Assembly: GCA_965261595.1 (NCBI GenBank)
Contig: CBDHDG010000002.1
Location: forward strand, 128,001 to 192,000
DNA: 64,000 nucleotides
Source of the DNA: a bacterium
GTDB lineage: Bacteria; UBA8248; JACPRG01; G963555815
Direction: 5' to 3'
In this document: positions 51,555 through 61,591 of the stretch, one piece after another
Position numbering within the stretch: position 1 is the stretch's first letter
Layout of the letters: every line of letters starts with the position of its first letter
Position numbers and translations under genes: made by a program
The notes under the pieces: generated by a model
Databases searched by the model: none
Told to the model about the DNA's origin: nothing
Seen by the model: only the letters and a program-made list of their open reading frames with translations

Positions 51555-52889
51555 CTACAAAAACTCCTCCAGCTTTACATCGTCCAGGAACGGATATTCC
51601 AGGAGCTCGTATTCCGAGCGATCGACGCCCTCCGGAATCGTGGCGTCAATGCCCATCTTGGACGTGATGGGGAGCGCGCCCCTGGGAAGATGGGAGGCCA
51701 TGACGCTCGGATCCAGGTGCTTTCCCCGCGCGCCGGAGACGAAGATCACGTCTTGATCCGGTTGTACGCGGAAGGCCAGGGCCCGCTCGACGGCCTGGGG
51801 ATCGGTGATGTCCACGTCATCGTCCGTCACGATGGCCAGCTTGACGATGCCCAGGGACATCAAGGCCAGGACGGCGTTTTTCCCCTCTCCGGGACGCTTG
51901 CGGATCGACGCGTACAGGTGCCAGCAGCAAGAGCCCGCCGGCGTCGCGTAGACCGCCGTGGTCTGGACGCTGGCCTCCCGAAGCGCCCGCCAGCCGACCG
52001 CCTCGATATAAGGCGCCGCCAGCCAGTAGGTCTCGGCCGGCATGAAGACGGTCTGGAAGATGGGCCGCTTGCGGTGGGTGATCGCCTTGACCTTGAACAC
52101 CGGATTCCAGCGAATGGAGCCCTGGAACCTGGTGAAGTCGCCGTAAGGGCCCTCGTCCTCCTGCCAGCCGACAGGCGTGATCTCCCCTTCCAGGACGATC
52201 TCGGCCGAGGCCGGGACCTCCAGGTCCACGGTGCGGCAGCGCACGAGCCGGACCGGCTCCCCGGACAGGGCGCCCGCCACGGCGAACTCGCCCATCCCGG
52301 CGGGCGCCTTGTACGCGGCGGCCAGGAATTCGGGCGTTGTCATCCCCAGAGCGACGGCGATGGGAAGGGCCTCGCCACGCCCCTGGAACCGCTCGTAGGT
52401 CGTCCGCATGTCCGTGGGGGAAACCAGGTCGATTCCGGTCTCGTTGCGGCTCCGGTACATGAGCCGGTAACAGCCGACGTTTCGCCGTCCCTCCTCGTCT
52501 TTCGACACCACGACTCCGGCGGAGATGTAGGGGCCGCCGTCTTTGCGGTGCTGGAAGGGGAGAGGGAGCTCCGTCAGGTCCACTTCATCCCCGACCTTAA
52601 CGACCTCTTGGACGCAGCCGTCGGGGACGATCTCCGGCGGTATCGGCCGCGCCAATGCCTCCAGGAAGGTCTTCCCCAGCTCCTTTTCATCCGTCGCCAG
52701 CCCCAGGGCCAGGCGGTTGCGCGAGCCGACCAATCCCCCCGCGACGGCAACGTCGTAACCCTCGACGTCTTCGAACAGGACGGCTTTGTCGGACTGGGCG
52801 AGAAGGGTGTTCAAATACCGGGGCGGAACGGGTTTCCGGATCCGCACCAACTCTCCGTTGCTTTCCAGGTGGTCCAGGAGCCCCCGCAT
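51555..52889 (-). CDS. UbiD-family prFMN-dependent (de)carboxylase
   Basis: DGGPYI, NVGCYR, EIVLEG, EGPYGD, DDDVDI and KMGIDAT. Confidence 0.93.
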   Translation of the reverse strand: MRGLLDHLESNGELVRIRKPVPPRYLNTLLAQSDKAVLFEDVEGYDVAVAGGLVGSRNRLALGLATDEKELGKTFLEALARPIPPEIVPDGCVQEVVKVGDEVDLTELPLPFQHRKDGGPYISAGVVVSKDEEGRRNVGCYRLMYRSRNETGIDLVSPTDMRTTYERFQGRGEALPIAVALGMTTPEFLAAAYKAPAGMGEFAVAGALSGEPVRLVRCRTVDLEVPASAEIVLEGEITPVGWQEDEGPYGDFTRFQGSIRWNPVFKVKAITHRKRPIFQTVFMPAETYWLAAPYIEAVGWRALREASVQTTAVYATPAGSCCWHLYASIRKRPGEGKNAVLALMSLGIVKLAIVTDDDVDITDPQAVERALAFRVQPDQDVIFVSGARGKHLDPSVMASHLPRGALPITSKMGIDATIPEGVDRSEYELLEYPFLDDVKLEEFL

Positions 52890-53063
52890 GTCCCGGTAAG
52901 GAAGCCTCGGGCGCGGATCGGACCCGATCTCCCGCTCGACCCCGAGTTTTTCCCTGCCGGTCTCCTTTGCGCGCTCCGCGGGCGCCCCGCCTCCGCCCCC
53001 TTTACGCGAGGGAGGATCGGCCCCGCCCGAGTTACCCTCGCCGGCCGCTTACTTCTTCCAGGA

Positions 53064-54737
53064 TCAGTCGTCGATGGCCAGGATTTTTAGAAACCCCGTC
53101 GGGCGATCGGGCAAGACCAGGTTCCTGCTCACGCCCCAAAGCTCGTCCGTGTGGAGGAGCCAGAGCCGGACCGCGTCCTTCGCCAGGATTTCCTGAAGCT
53201 CGTCGTAGATCCGCTTTCGCTTCTTGCGGTCGAATGTCCGCGCCCCTTGCTTGATCAGGGCGTTCACCTTGGGGTTTCGATACCCGGTCTTGGACCGCCG
53301 GGGGTCATACCCCTCCAAGGCCACGTCAGGCGAGATCATGAGGCTGTTCGGGTGAAGGTGGGAGAAGGCGTCGTATTTCCTCCTGAGATAAAACTTGAAG
53401 TATGCGGTGACGAACGTCAGGCGCTTGAGTTTCACGTCCATCCCCACCGCTTTGAGCATCGGGATGGCGGCCTGGGCGATGATGGCCGACGCCCGGCTGG
53501 ATGCCACTATCCAGGTGAAGCCGAGTCTTTTTCCGTCCTTGACGCGGATGCCGTCCGGGCCCGCTTTCCAGCCGGCCTCCTCCAGGAGCGCCTTGGCCTT
53601 CCCTGGGTTCCCGTCGAAGATGGACACGTTCTTATTGTAGGCCCAAGAGAGGGGGTGGAAGGGGCTGTTGGCGATGGTCCCCCAGCCTTTGAATATATGC
53701 TTCAGGATGGCCTTTCGGTCGATGGCGTAGCTGATGGCCCGCCGCACCCTCACGTCCTGGAAGATGGGGTTTTTCAGGTTCAGGTCCATGTACCAGTTGG
53801 ATTGGCCGGACATGCGGACGCCCCGGCAGCATGCGTCCCGGCTCACGTTTTTGAATTCATCCACGGGCACCGCGGCATAGAGTCCGTTGACGTTCAACGC
53901 CCCCGTCCGCAAGGCGGCCAACCGGCTGAACGAATCGGGTGTGGTCCGCCAGATGACGGTCTCGATCTTGGGCTTCTTTCCGAAGTAGTCCGGATTCCGC
54001 CGAAGGACCGTCCGGTCGCGGGACTTCCAGGATACGAAAGCGTACGGACCGGTCCCGATGGGCTTGTGCGTGAAGGCGTGCTTTCTCATGGCCTTCACGG
54101 GAACGTTGCCGAGAATGTGTTTGGGGACAATGGGATGGATCGTCGAGATCATGAGGAAGGGCGAATAAGGCTCTTTGAGCCGGATCCTGATCCGGTGCGG
54201 TCCCAGGACCTCGATCCCCTTTATCGAATCGGCTTTCCCCGCCCGATATTCGGCGGCGCCCAGAATGCTTTCGTAGTAGCGGGAATGGCCGAAGCCCGCG
54301 GGGTTGTCCTTCTGCATCAGAACTTCGAAGGTGAATTTGACGTCCTCGGCCGTGAAGGGTTTCCCGTCGTGCCATTTCACCCCCTTGTGGAGGTTGAACG
54401 TGTAGGTGAGCCGGTCCTTGCCGACCGTCCAGGATTCGGCCAGGTCCCCCTCCGGCGCCATCATTCCGGCGGGCTTGGTCAGGCCGTTGAAGACCATGTT
54501 CTGCCAGTACGTCACGCTGGAGAGGCGGAAGATGGCCGGGTTGGCGATCCGGAACAGGTCGCTCGCCGAGGCGATAACGACCGTCCCCTTGGTCTGGGCG
54601 GCGGAGACGCCAACGCCGGAGACGCCAACGCCGTAGACGCTCAGGATGGACAAAAGGATCAAACCGAATCGAATGAAGGGCCAAAGACCCCGGTAACCAC
54701 GCTTCATTTCTCTTTTCCTCCCCTCTGATGAGCTCAT
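53064..54737 (-). CDS. ABC transporter substrate-binding protein, family 5
   Basis: DLAESW, VKWHDG.PFTAEDV.FT, PIGTGPY and VRRAISYAIDR. Confidence 0.93.
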   Translation of the reverse strand: MSSSEGRKREMKRGYRGLWPFIRFGLILLSILSVYGVGVSGVGVSAAQTKGTVVIASASDLFRIANPAIFRLSSVTYWQNMVFNGLTKPAGMMAPEGDLAESWTVGKDRLTYTFNLHKGVKWHDGKPFTAEDVKFTFEVLMQKDNPAGFGHSRYYESILGAAEYRAGKADSIKGIEVLGPHRIRIRLKEPYSPFLMISTIHPIVPKHILGNVPVKAMRKHAFTHKPIGTGPYAFVSWKSRDRTVLRRNPDYFGKKPKIETVIWRTTPDSFSRLAALRTGALNVNGLYAAVPVDEFKNVSRDACCRGVRMSGQSNWYMDLNLKNPIFQDVRVRRAISYAIDRKAILKHIFKGWGTIANSPFHPLSWAYNKNVSIFDGNPGKAKALLEEAGWKAGPDGIRVKDGKRLGFTWIVASSRASAIIAQAAIPMLKAVGMDVKLKRLTFVTAYFKFYLRRKYDAFSHLHPNSLMISPDVALEGYDPRRSKTGYRNPKVNALIKQGARTFDRKKRKRIYDELQEILAKDAVRLWLLHTDELWGVSRNLVLPDRPTGFLKILAIDD

Positions 54738-54761
54738 TCATCCTTGCCACTACATACCAGT

Positions 54762-57552
54762 CTAAACGAAATTCTCCAGGAATACCTCTCCCTCGCCCAC
54801 CGGCCGTACCCTCTCGAAAAGCGCCCGGTCGGCGGGTCTTTTCAGGGACGGCTTGGTGGCGTCGATTCCCATGACCCCGGGGCTGTAAGCGTCGGTCACG
54901 CCCGCGCGGTCTTCGCGGCCCGCCTCGGGGGTTGAAGGGTCGAGCTTGTACCCCCGAGTTCCTTCCACGGTGATGATATCCCTGGCCGGATTGACCCGGA
55001 AGCTCATGGCCCATAACACGTCCTTGGGGTCATGGATGTCCACATCGTCGTCCACCACCATGACGACCTTGATTTGGCGATGCAAACCCATGGCCGCCAG
55101 CAGCACGGCCCTGGAATGCCCTTCGAACTCCGGGACCATCTGAACAATGGCCGTCAGCCCCGCCCAGTCCGGGATGTGTACATCGAGGATGCGGGTCCCG
55201 CCGTGAACCTCCTGAAGGTTCCGGTAGGTCCGGACCTCATTGAGGAAGGTGGAAAGGACCTGAAGGTCCGTGAAACGCGATGCGTTGAGGTGGCGGTAAA
55301 TGGCGTCCTTCCGCATCGTGATGGTCTTGACCTCGAAGACCGGGGATTGCCCGATCGGTCCCATGTACCCGGTGTATTCGCCGAAGGGCCCCTCCGTTTC
55401 CCGGACCTTCGGGGGGACGATCCCCTCGATGACGATCTCGGCCCCCGCGGGCACCCGCAGATCGACGGTCTCGCACCGGACGAAATCCACAGTCTCCTCC
55501 AGCAGGGAAGAGGCCAGCTCAAACTCCTCGAATCCGGGGTGCGCGGCGGTGAACGTGCTTGCGATCTCGTAAGCGGGATGGTGGCCGATGACCACGGCCA
55601 TCGGCATGGGCTCGCCCGCCTTCTCGTATTGGGTGTAGTGCGCCCATCCCGTCCGCCTGCCGACGGCGAATCGGGCCCGGTTTCTGCCGGTGACCTGGAT
55701 GCGGTAGAAGGCCTGGTTCTGAATTCCGGTGGAGGGGTCCTTGGTCACGCACATGCCGGCGCCGATGTATCGGCCGCCGTCGCCCTGGCTGTGAATGCCC
55801 ACCTCCCCCGCTCTAGGGTTTTGTTGGACACTCGATTGATCCATGATTCATGGAGAAAGGGGTGTCGCGATGAACGAACAAAAGCAAGAGGGGGCTTTGG
55901 CGGAGGGCGCCCGCAGGGCGAACGGAGCCAAGGCCCCAGGGCATCGCAGTGAGCGGGGTCGGTTCTCCTGCCAGCGCAAGCGGGAGGCGGTCCTGCGTCT
56001 TTTGCGGGGCGAGAGCCTGGAGACGCTCTGCCGCGAGTTGGGCACGACAGCGGCTCGGCTTTCCGCCTGGTGCGAGGCGTTCCTTCGCGGGGGCGAGGCG
56101 GCGCTCAAAGCCCGCCCGGCGGATGAGCGGGACGAGGAGAACGCCCGGCTCAAGGCCAAGGTGGGCGAACTCACGATGGAGGGCGAGGTCCTGCGGGAGA
56201 AGATCGACCGCCTGGAGGCCGGCCGCCCTTTAGCCGGCAGGAGGTGGAGGCGATGAGTCAGGCCCGCTTCACCTCCACGGGCAGAGCCTACGGCCTGAAG
56301 CGGGTGTGCGCCCTTTGGGGCTTGGCGCGCTCCACGGTCTACGCGCAACGGCGGCGAGAGGCGGTCCCCGTTCATGAACGCCCCACGCCCAATAAGCGCG
56401 GCCCTGTGGGCCCGTGCACCGATGCGGAACTCCTCGGCCACATCCGGCAGGTCCTGGAGGACTCTCCCTTCCATGGCGAGGGCTACCGCAATGTGTGGGC
56501 GAGGCTGCGCTTCGCGGGCATCCGCACCAGCAAGGAGCGGGTGCGTCGCCTGATGCGGGAGGCGGGGCTTCAGGCCCCCCACCGGGTGGGCAAACCCCGA
56601 GGTCCCAAGGCCCACAACGGGACCATCCGCACCGAGCGGCCCGACCGAATGTGGGGCACGCACATGACGACGACGGTGACCACCGAGGAGGGGGTGGCCT
56701 CGGTGTTCGTGGCGGTGGATCACTGCTCGGTGGACTGCGTGGGGATCCATGCGGCCAAGAGCGGCAACCGCTTCGAGGCCCTGGAGCCGATCCGGCAGGG
56801 GGTCGCCGAGCGCTTCGCCGGCTTGGAGGCGGACGTCGCCGAGGGGCTTAAAGTTCGTCACGACCACGGCCCCGCCTATCTGTCCGATGACTTTCAGCGG
56901 GAGATCGCCTACCTGGGCATGACCAGTTCGCCCAGCTTCGTGCGGGCGCCCGAGGGAAATGGCTACTGTGAGTGGTTTATCCGCATCTTGAAGGAGAATC
57001 TCCTGTGGGTGCGCTCTTTCGCCACCGTAGAGGAACTGCGGTGGGCGCTGCTTGAGTTCAAGAACCTGTACAACCATCATTGGATTCTCGAGGGCTACGG
57101 CTACCGAACGCCGGCCCAGGCAAGGCAGGAAAAACTCGCTCAAGTTGCGGAGGCCGCATGAGGTCGAATACCCTCACCCGAGTGTCCAATAACCCAGGGG
57201 CGGTCCACACCGGCAGAGCCTGGAGATCGATGTCTTCGCCCCGTATGCGGACCTCCTTCACCGGCCCGTCTTCGACGATGCGGCTTTCCCCGCGCCCCCG
57301 GGCGATCCGGGTCCCCGCGTCTTGGAGCAGCCTGTCGGACGTCGTGCGCAAGGCGGCGGCCTGGAGCTTCCGCGCGCCGAGGAGACGGTCGCAGACCCGC
57401 CAATCGGGATGGCCCTTGATATTCTCGAAGAGGATGGGTCCCCCGCTCTGGGAGCAGAGGGCGCCGAGCTCAGTCAGGGGATCGACCTCCTTATGGATCC
57501 GCAACACCTCGATGTCGATCTCATCGAGAAACGTCCTCAAATCGCTGCCCAT
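54762..57552 (-). pseudogene. Second UbiD-family decarboxylase interrupted by IS A copy 3
   Basis: Removing the IS and one CACC restores ...DLQALPV-GIHSQGDGGRYI in frame; EGPFGE and GIDATKP motifs. Confidence 0.92.
55804..57207 (+). mobile_element. IS element A, copy 3 (OrfA 55843-56256, OrfB 56253-57161)
   Basis: 1404 bp, TSD CACC; WGTD changed to WGTH. Confidence 0.94.
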
Positions 57553-57614
57553 CTTGCGCCCTCCCTCTGTCCGGGGGTCGAACGAATCGCGTCGCGCCTC
57601 GATTTGCTTTTTTC

Positions 57615-57641
57615 ATCTGTGAAATCTGTGAAATCTGTGGA
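57615..57641. repeat. 9-bp tandem repeat (ATCTGTGAA)x3
   Basis: ATCTGTGAA ATCTGTGAA ATCTGTGGA. Confidence 0.8.
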
Positions 57642-57804
57642 TCAATGGTATTGCATTTCGTGGGTCCTTGAAATCCGGCTCTGTACAATTTGTGGATCAA
57701 TGACAGGATTAGAGGGGTCACCGGGTCCAAATTGCATTCCGATACCGCTCGTCTTATCCTGCTACAGGTTGGATTGTGAATCCATCGATAGGAGGAACGA
57801 AAAG

Positions 57805-58371
57805 GTGTCGCGACTGACCGTCCGAAGGGTCATCTCGACGGACCCCGAGACGCTCTGGAAGCGGGTGGAGGGCGGCTCGTTCGCCGGCCGTTGGATTGCG
57901 CCGGGGGGGGGGGAGGAGGAGGCCGGAGAGGGCGCGGGTTCGAGCCCGGGGGCGGAAGAGGCCGCATGGCGCGAATCGTTGCGCGTCGGCCCGTTTTCCT
58001 TCAAGGTCGCGGCGACCTGGGCCGAGCGGGTTCCTTGGGAACGGAGCTTCTGCCTCCTCGATGGGCCTTTGGGCATCCGGATTGCGGAGGAAATGAGGCT
58101 GGAGCGGCTCGCGGCCGGGACGGCGCTCTCCCTGACGGTGGATTTCGCTCTGGGGAGCGGAGGGATCGGGGAGTGGCTGGACCGCGTCTGGTTGTCGGGT
58201 TGGATTTCAAGACGCCTGGAACGCGGGATCGCGAAGCTCGAAGGGGAGTACAAACGACCCGGGGACGAGAAAGACCCGGACGTGGGCGTTCATCTGGAGC
58301 GCCCCGAGGACCGGCCCTGGGGACTGGACCAAGCGGGTCCGGCGCGGCCGAGGCCGCCCCGGCCCGAATGA
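57805..58371 (+). CDS. SRPBCC-like protein
   Basis: AGGAGG RBS with GTG start; weak SRPBCC pattern. Confidence 0.55.
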   Translation: MSRLTVRRVISTDPETLWKRVEGGSFAGRWIAPGGGEEEAGEGAGSSPGAEEAAWRESLRVGPFSFKVAATWAERVPWERSFCLLDGPLGIRIAEEMRLERLAAGTALSLTVDFALGSGGIGEWLDRVWLSGWISRRLERGIAKLEGEYKRPGDEKDPDVGVHLERPEDRPWGLDQAGPARPRPPRPE

Positions 58372-58404
58372 TTCAACGATGAGATGGCGCAAGGGGTTGA
58401 ATGA

Positions 58405-59130
58405 GTGGAAGGCGGCATCGAGCACGATCGCATCCTCGTGATTGCGGCCCATCCGGACGACATCGACTTCACCGTCGCCGGGTCGGTCGCCTTGTGTGCG
58501 AGGGCCGGAAAAACCGTCGGTTATTGCGTCGCGACAAGCGGGGACAAGGGTTTTGACGAAGACCTTCCGGTGGAAGAGCGGATGAGGATCCGGGAGGAGG
58601 AGCAGCGGGCCGCGGCCGCGGTGGTCGGCGTCGAGGAAGTGCGCTTTCTCCGCGAGCCCGACGGCGAGTTGCGGAACACGCCCGGGCTGCGGCGGGCGAT
58701 CGTGGCCGTCATCCGGAAATTTAAACCCGACGCGGTGGTTGTCACCGGAGACCCCGGCTCGACGGAATTCGAAAGCTTCTACGGGTCCCATCCCGATCAT
58801 CGGGCCCTCTCCGAGGCGGCATACGATTCGGTCTATCCGGCGGTCGGGAACCGATTCTACTTCCCCGACTTGTTGGAGTTGGGCCTTGATCCACACAAAA
58901 TCAAAGAAGTCCTTTTCTCCGGCTCTTCCAAGCCCGATTATTTTGTGGACATCGGCGAAACCTTCGACCTCAAAATAAAGGCGCTTCGCTGCCACAAGAG
59001 CCAGGTTTCGGGGATGGACGACCTGGAAGATCGGATGCGGGATTGGGGCCGCAGGAGAGGGGAGCCCGAGGGCATGGCCATCGCCGAGTCCTTCCGGCGG
59101 ATGGAACATCCCGACGGCGGCGGGAAGTGA
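58405..59130 (+). CDS. PIG-L/LmbE family deacetylase
   Basis: AAHPDD, TSGDKG, R.EEQ..AA, HPDH and H.SQ. Confidence 0.92.
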   Translation: MEGGIEHDRILVIAAHPDDIDFTVAGSVALCARAGKTVGYCVATSGDKGFDEDLPVEERMRIREEEQRAAAAVVGVEEVRFLREPDGELRNTPGLRRAIVAVIRKFKPDAVVVTGDPGSTEFESFYGSHPDHRALSEAAYDSVYPAVGNRFYFPDLLELGLDPHKIKEVLFSGSSKPDYFVDIGETFDLKIKALRCHKSQVSGMDDLEDRMRDWGRRRGEPEGMAIAESFRRMEHPDGGGK

Positions 59131-59173
59131 TCGCGCTCCCCCCCTCCCCCTTGACCGTTCGGAGAAAGGCCCG

Positions 59174-59860
59174 ATGACCGAGGACGCCCTGGGCGCGACG
59201 CTCTTTCCGGACTATCCGAAGATTCCCGGCTGGTACGCCCGGGAGGTCGAAGGCCTCACCGACGCCCAACTCGATTTCACCGATGAACGGGTGGAGTGGA
59301 TGAAGTGGGGCGTTCGCCGGCAGTTGAGCCACGCGGCGTTCGTCCATTTCCACTGGCTGGTCAACCAGTGGGCCTCGCGGGTGTTCGGCCCGGACGATGA
59401 GATGCCGGACTTCGACGCCGAGGCCTGCGCGCGGCGGGACCGCCGGTTCGACGAAGAAACCCACCGGACCCCGGACCGCCTTCTGTTTCGGATGGAACAG
59501 GGGGTGAACCTGGTGAAGCTCATCCTGGGCCGGGAAACCATCCGGGAGATGCGTGGCAAGGAATTGGACCGGGTGGCGCCGCCGGGGGCGCGCTATCCCT
59601 CTGGCGATTCGGTCCTTGATTTCTGGCGGGTCGCCGAGCGGATCAACCCCGATATCCGGGTGGACCCGAAAAACGAGAACCGATACCTGATCAATCTTGT
59701 CGGAATGATGAGGCAGATGTATTTCGAGTGCCTGATTCACCTCTACACCATTCAGCGGTTGAAACGGGCGCAGGGACTGGAAGCCGTGGCCGAGATCCCG
59801 AGGGAGGGGTACATGCCTCTTTCGGCCTTTACCGGGGCGGCGGAAGACGCGGCGGGGTGA
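59174..59860 (+). CDS. DinB-like superfamily protein
   Basis: W.VRRQLSH near the N-terminus and ECLIHL..IQRLK near the C-terminus; tentative. Confidence 0.5.
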   Translation: MTEDALGATLFPDYPKIPGWYAREVEGLTDAQLDFTDERVEWMKWGVRRQLSHAAFVHFHWLVNQWASRVFGPDDEMPDFDAEACARRDRRFDEETHRTPDRLLFRMEQGVNLVKLILGRETIREMRGKELDRVAPPGARYPSGDSVLDFWRVAERINPDIRVDPKNENRYLINLVGMMRQMYFECLIHLYTIQRLKRAQGLEAVAEIPREGYMPLSAFTGAAEDAAG

Positions 59861-59882
59861 ATCAGCGGCGGGAGGTTGAGCG

Positions 59883-60435
59883 ATGAAAGTGAGACGACAT
59901 ATCGGGCGCTGGGCCGGCGTGCTGGGAATCCTTGCGGGGGTCTGGTCCTGCGCGCCTCCGCCTCCTCCTCCTCCTCCTCCTCCTCATTCGAAGCCGCCCT
60001 CCGAGATTGCCAATCTGCTCTCGCGCCTGCCGGACGCCCGGTATCGCGCCTCGTTGGTTTACGCGCGCGCGCGGCGCGTCGCATCCCCTGGCCGTCGTCC
60101 TCGATCCCCGGGGCGGAGAGAAGCTGTCCGTCCTTGAGTTGTCGGCGATGGAGTTCTTCACCGAAGACCTGGGCGAGCTCGGCCGGAAGGACCTGATCGC
60201 CCGGCTCGATGGAATCGAGGGCCGGCGGTTCGGAGGCCGGACGCTTCGATACCTGGAGCGTTTTTCCAAGTGGCGGCTGAGGACCCTCATGCGGTTCGGG
60301 GCGCCCATCGGATACCTCATCACCGTGGACCCCCGCCTGCGGTTCGAGCTCCGCGGCGGGACCTCGGGACGGGTCTTCTCGGTGTTTCTGCTTCCCGCCT
60401 CGAACTTCGTGGACAAGATCAGGGGGGAGGAGTAG
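59883..60435 (+). CDS. Putative lipoprotein with poly-Pro tract, frameshifted at a (GC)n run near 60063-60072
   Basis: Signal peptide ending VWSC, then (CCT)n; the downstream frame continues GASHPLAVVLDP... Confidence 0.5.
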
Positions 60436-60505
60436 CCCCCAATCCGGATTTCCGGCGGGGGGCTCGGGCCGTGGGCGACCCTGATTGCGGCGGCGGGAGG
60501 TGACA

Positions 60506-61507
60506 ATGGAAATCGGCATCGGCGGGTTTCCCCAGGAGGCGTTCAGCTCGACGGGGGCGCTGCTCGAAGTTTGCGAGAGAGTCGAGGGTTACGGTTTCGA
60601 CCGGCTTTGGATGGCCGATTCCCAGGGGATCTGGCCCGACCCTTACACCCTGTTGGGCCGGCTCGCCGGAACGACCTCCGGCATTGGACTGGGCGTCGGC
60701 GTCAGCAACCCGAGGACGCGCCACCCGGCGGTTCTCGCGCGCTCGGCCGTGACGGTCGCCGACCTGGCCGGGGAGCGGTTTGTCCTCGGGATTGGCGCGG
60801 GGAACACCGCCTTGCTCCACCTGGGCCTTCCGCCGGGGGGCGTCGAGCTTTGCGGAGAAGTCGTCCGGTGCGCGCGCGCCTTGATTCGGGGCGAAGCCGG
60901 GACGTTCCACGGCGCGGCGGTCCCGGCGTTCAACGATTACCAGCCCCGCGACATCCCGGTCTGGATGGCGGGAAACGGCCCGAAGATGCTCGCCCTGGCC
61001 GGAGAGATCGCCGACGGGGCCATCGTCAGCTCGGGGATCTCGCCGGGGATCTTCGCCTGGGTCCGTGCTCAAATCGAGGTGGGCCTGAAGCGGAGCGGGC
61101 GAAGCTGGAGCGCCTTCACGCTCCTGGCCTTCGTCGGATGCGCGGTCTCGGACGACCGCCCCGGGACCCGGCGCGACATCCGGTCTTGGGTCGCCCGCCG
61201 CCTGTCCATGCCGCTGCCCGATGAGGTCTTCGGCATCCCCAAGGCCGACCGGCTGCGCGCGCTCGATAGCTACCAGTACACGGAGCATTACCGGGTGGGC
61301 GCCTCGCATGAAGGGGTGGTGGATTCCATCCCCGACGAGTGGATCGACCGGTTCGGCATCGCCGGAACGCCGGAAGAATGCGCCGAGCGGCTCTCTTCCC
61401 TCGCGGCCCTCGGCGCGGACGCCGTCTTTATCCTGCCCATCACGGGCGATTCGCACGCGTATCTGAAAACCTTCGCCGAGAAGATCCTGCCCAATGTGAA
61501 GCGGTGA
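60506..61507 (+). CDS. LLM-class flavin/F420-dependent oxidoreductase
   Basis: GFDRLWMADS, VSNPRTRHPAV, LGIGAG, GPKML.LAGEIADG and IAGTPEE. Confidence 0.92.
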   Translation: MEIGIGGFPQEAFSSTGALLEVCERVEGYGFDRLWMADSQGIWPDPYTLLGRLAGTTSGIGLGVGVSNPRTRHPAVLARSAVTVADLAGERFVLGIGAGNTALLHLGLPPGGVELCGEVVRCARALIRGEAGTFHGAAVPAFNDYQPRDIPVWMAGNGPKMLALAGEIADGAIVSSGISPGIFAWVRAQIEVGLKRSGRSWSAFTLLAFVGCAVSDDRPGTRRDIRSWVARRLSMPLPDEVFGIPKADRLRALDSYQYTEHYRVGASHEGVVDSIPDEWIDRFGIAGTPEECAERLSSLAALGADAVFILPITGDSHAYLKTFAEKILPNVKR

Positions 61508-61591
61508 GCCGAGATGAGGAGGGGGGGGCCGTCAGCCGATTCGCGGGTTTTTGAGGGGCCCATCCCGCCGGGAGAAAAAGGGGGAAAGCCG

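Noticed and set aside
58384..58407. In-frame TGA just upstream of the PIG-L gene
   Set aside because: A GTG start right after it explains the gene, and there is no catalytic motif there.
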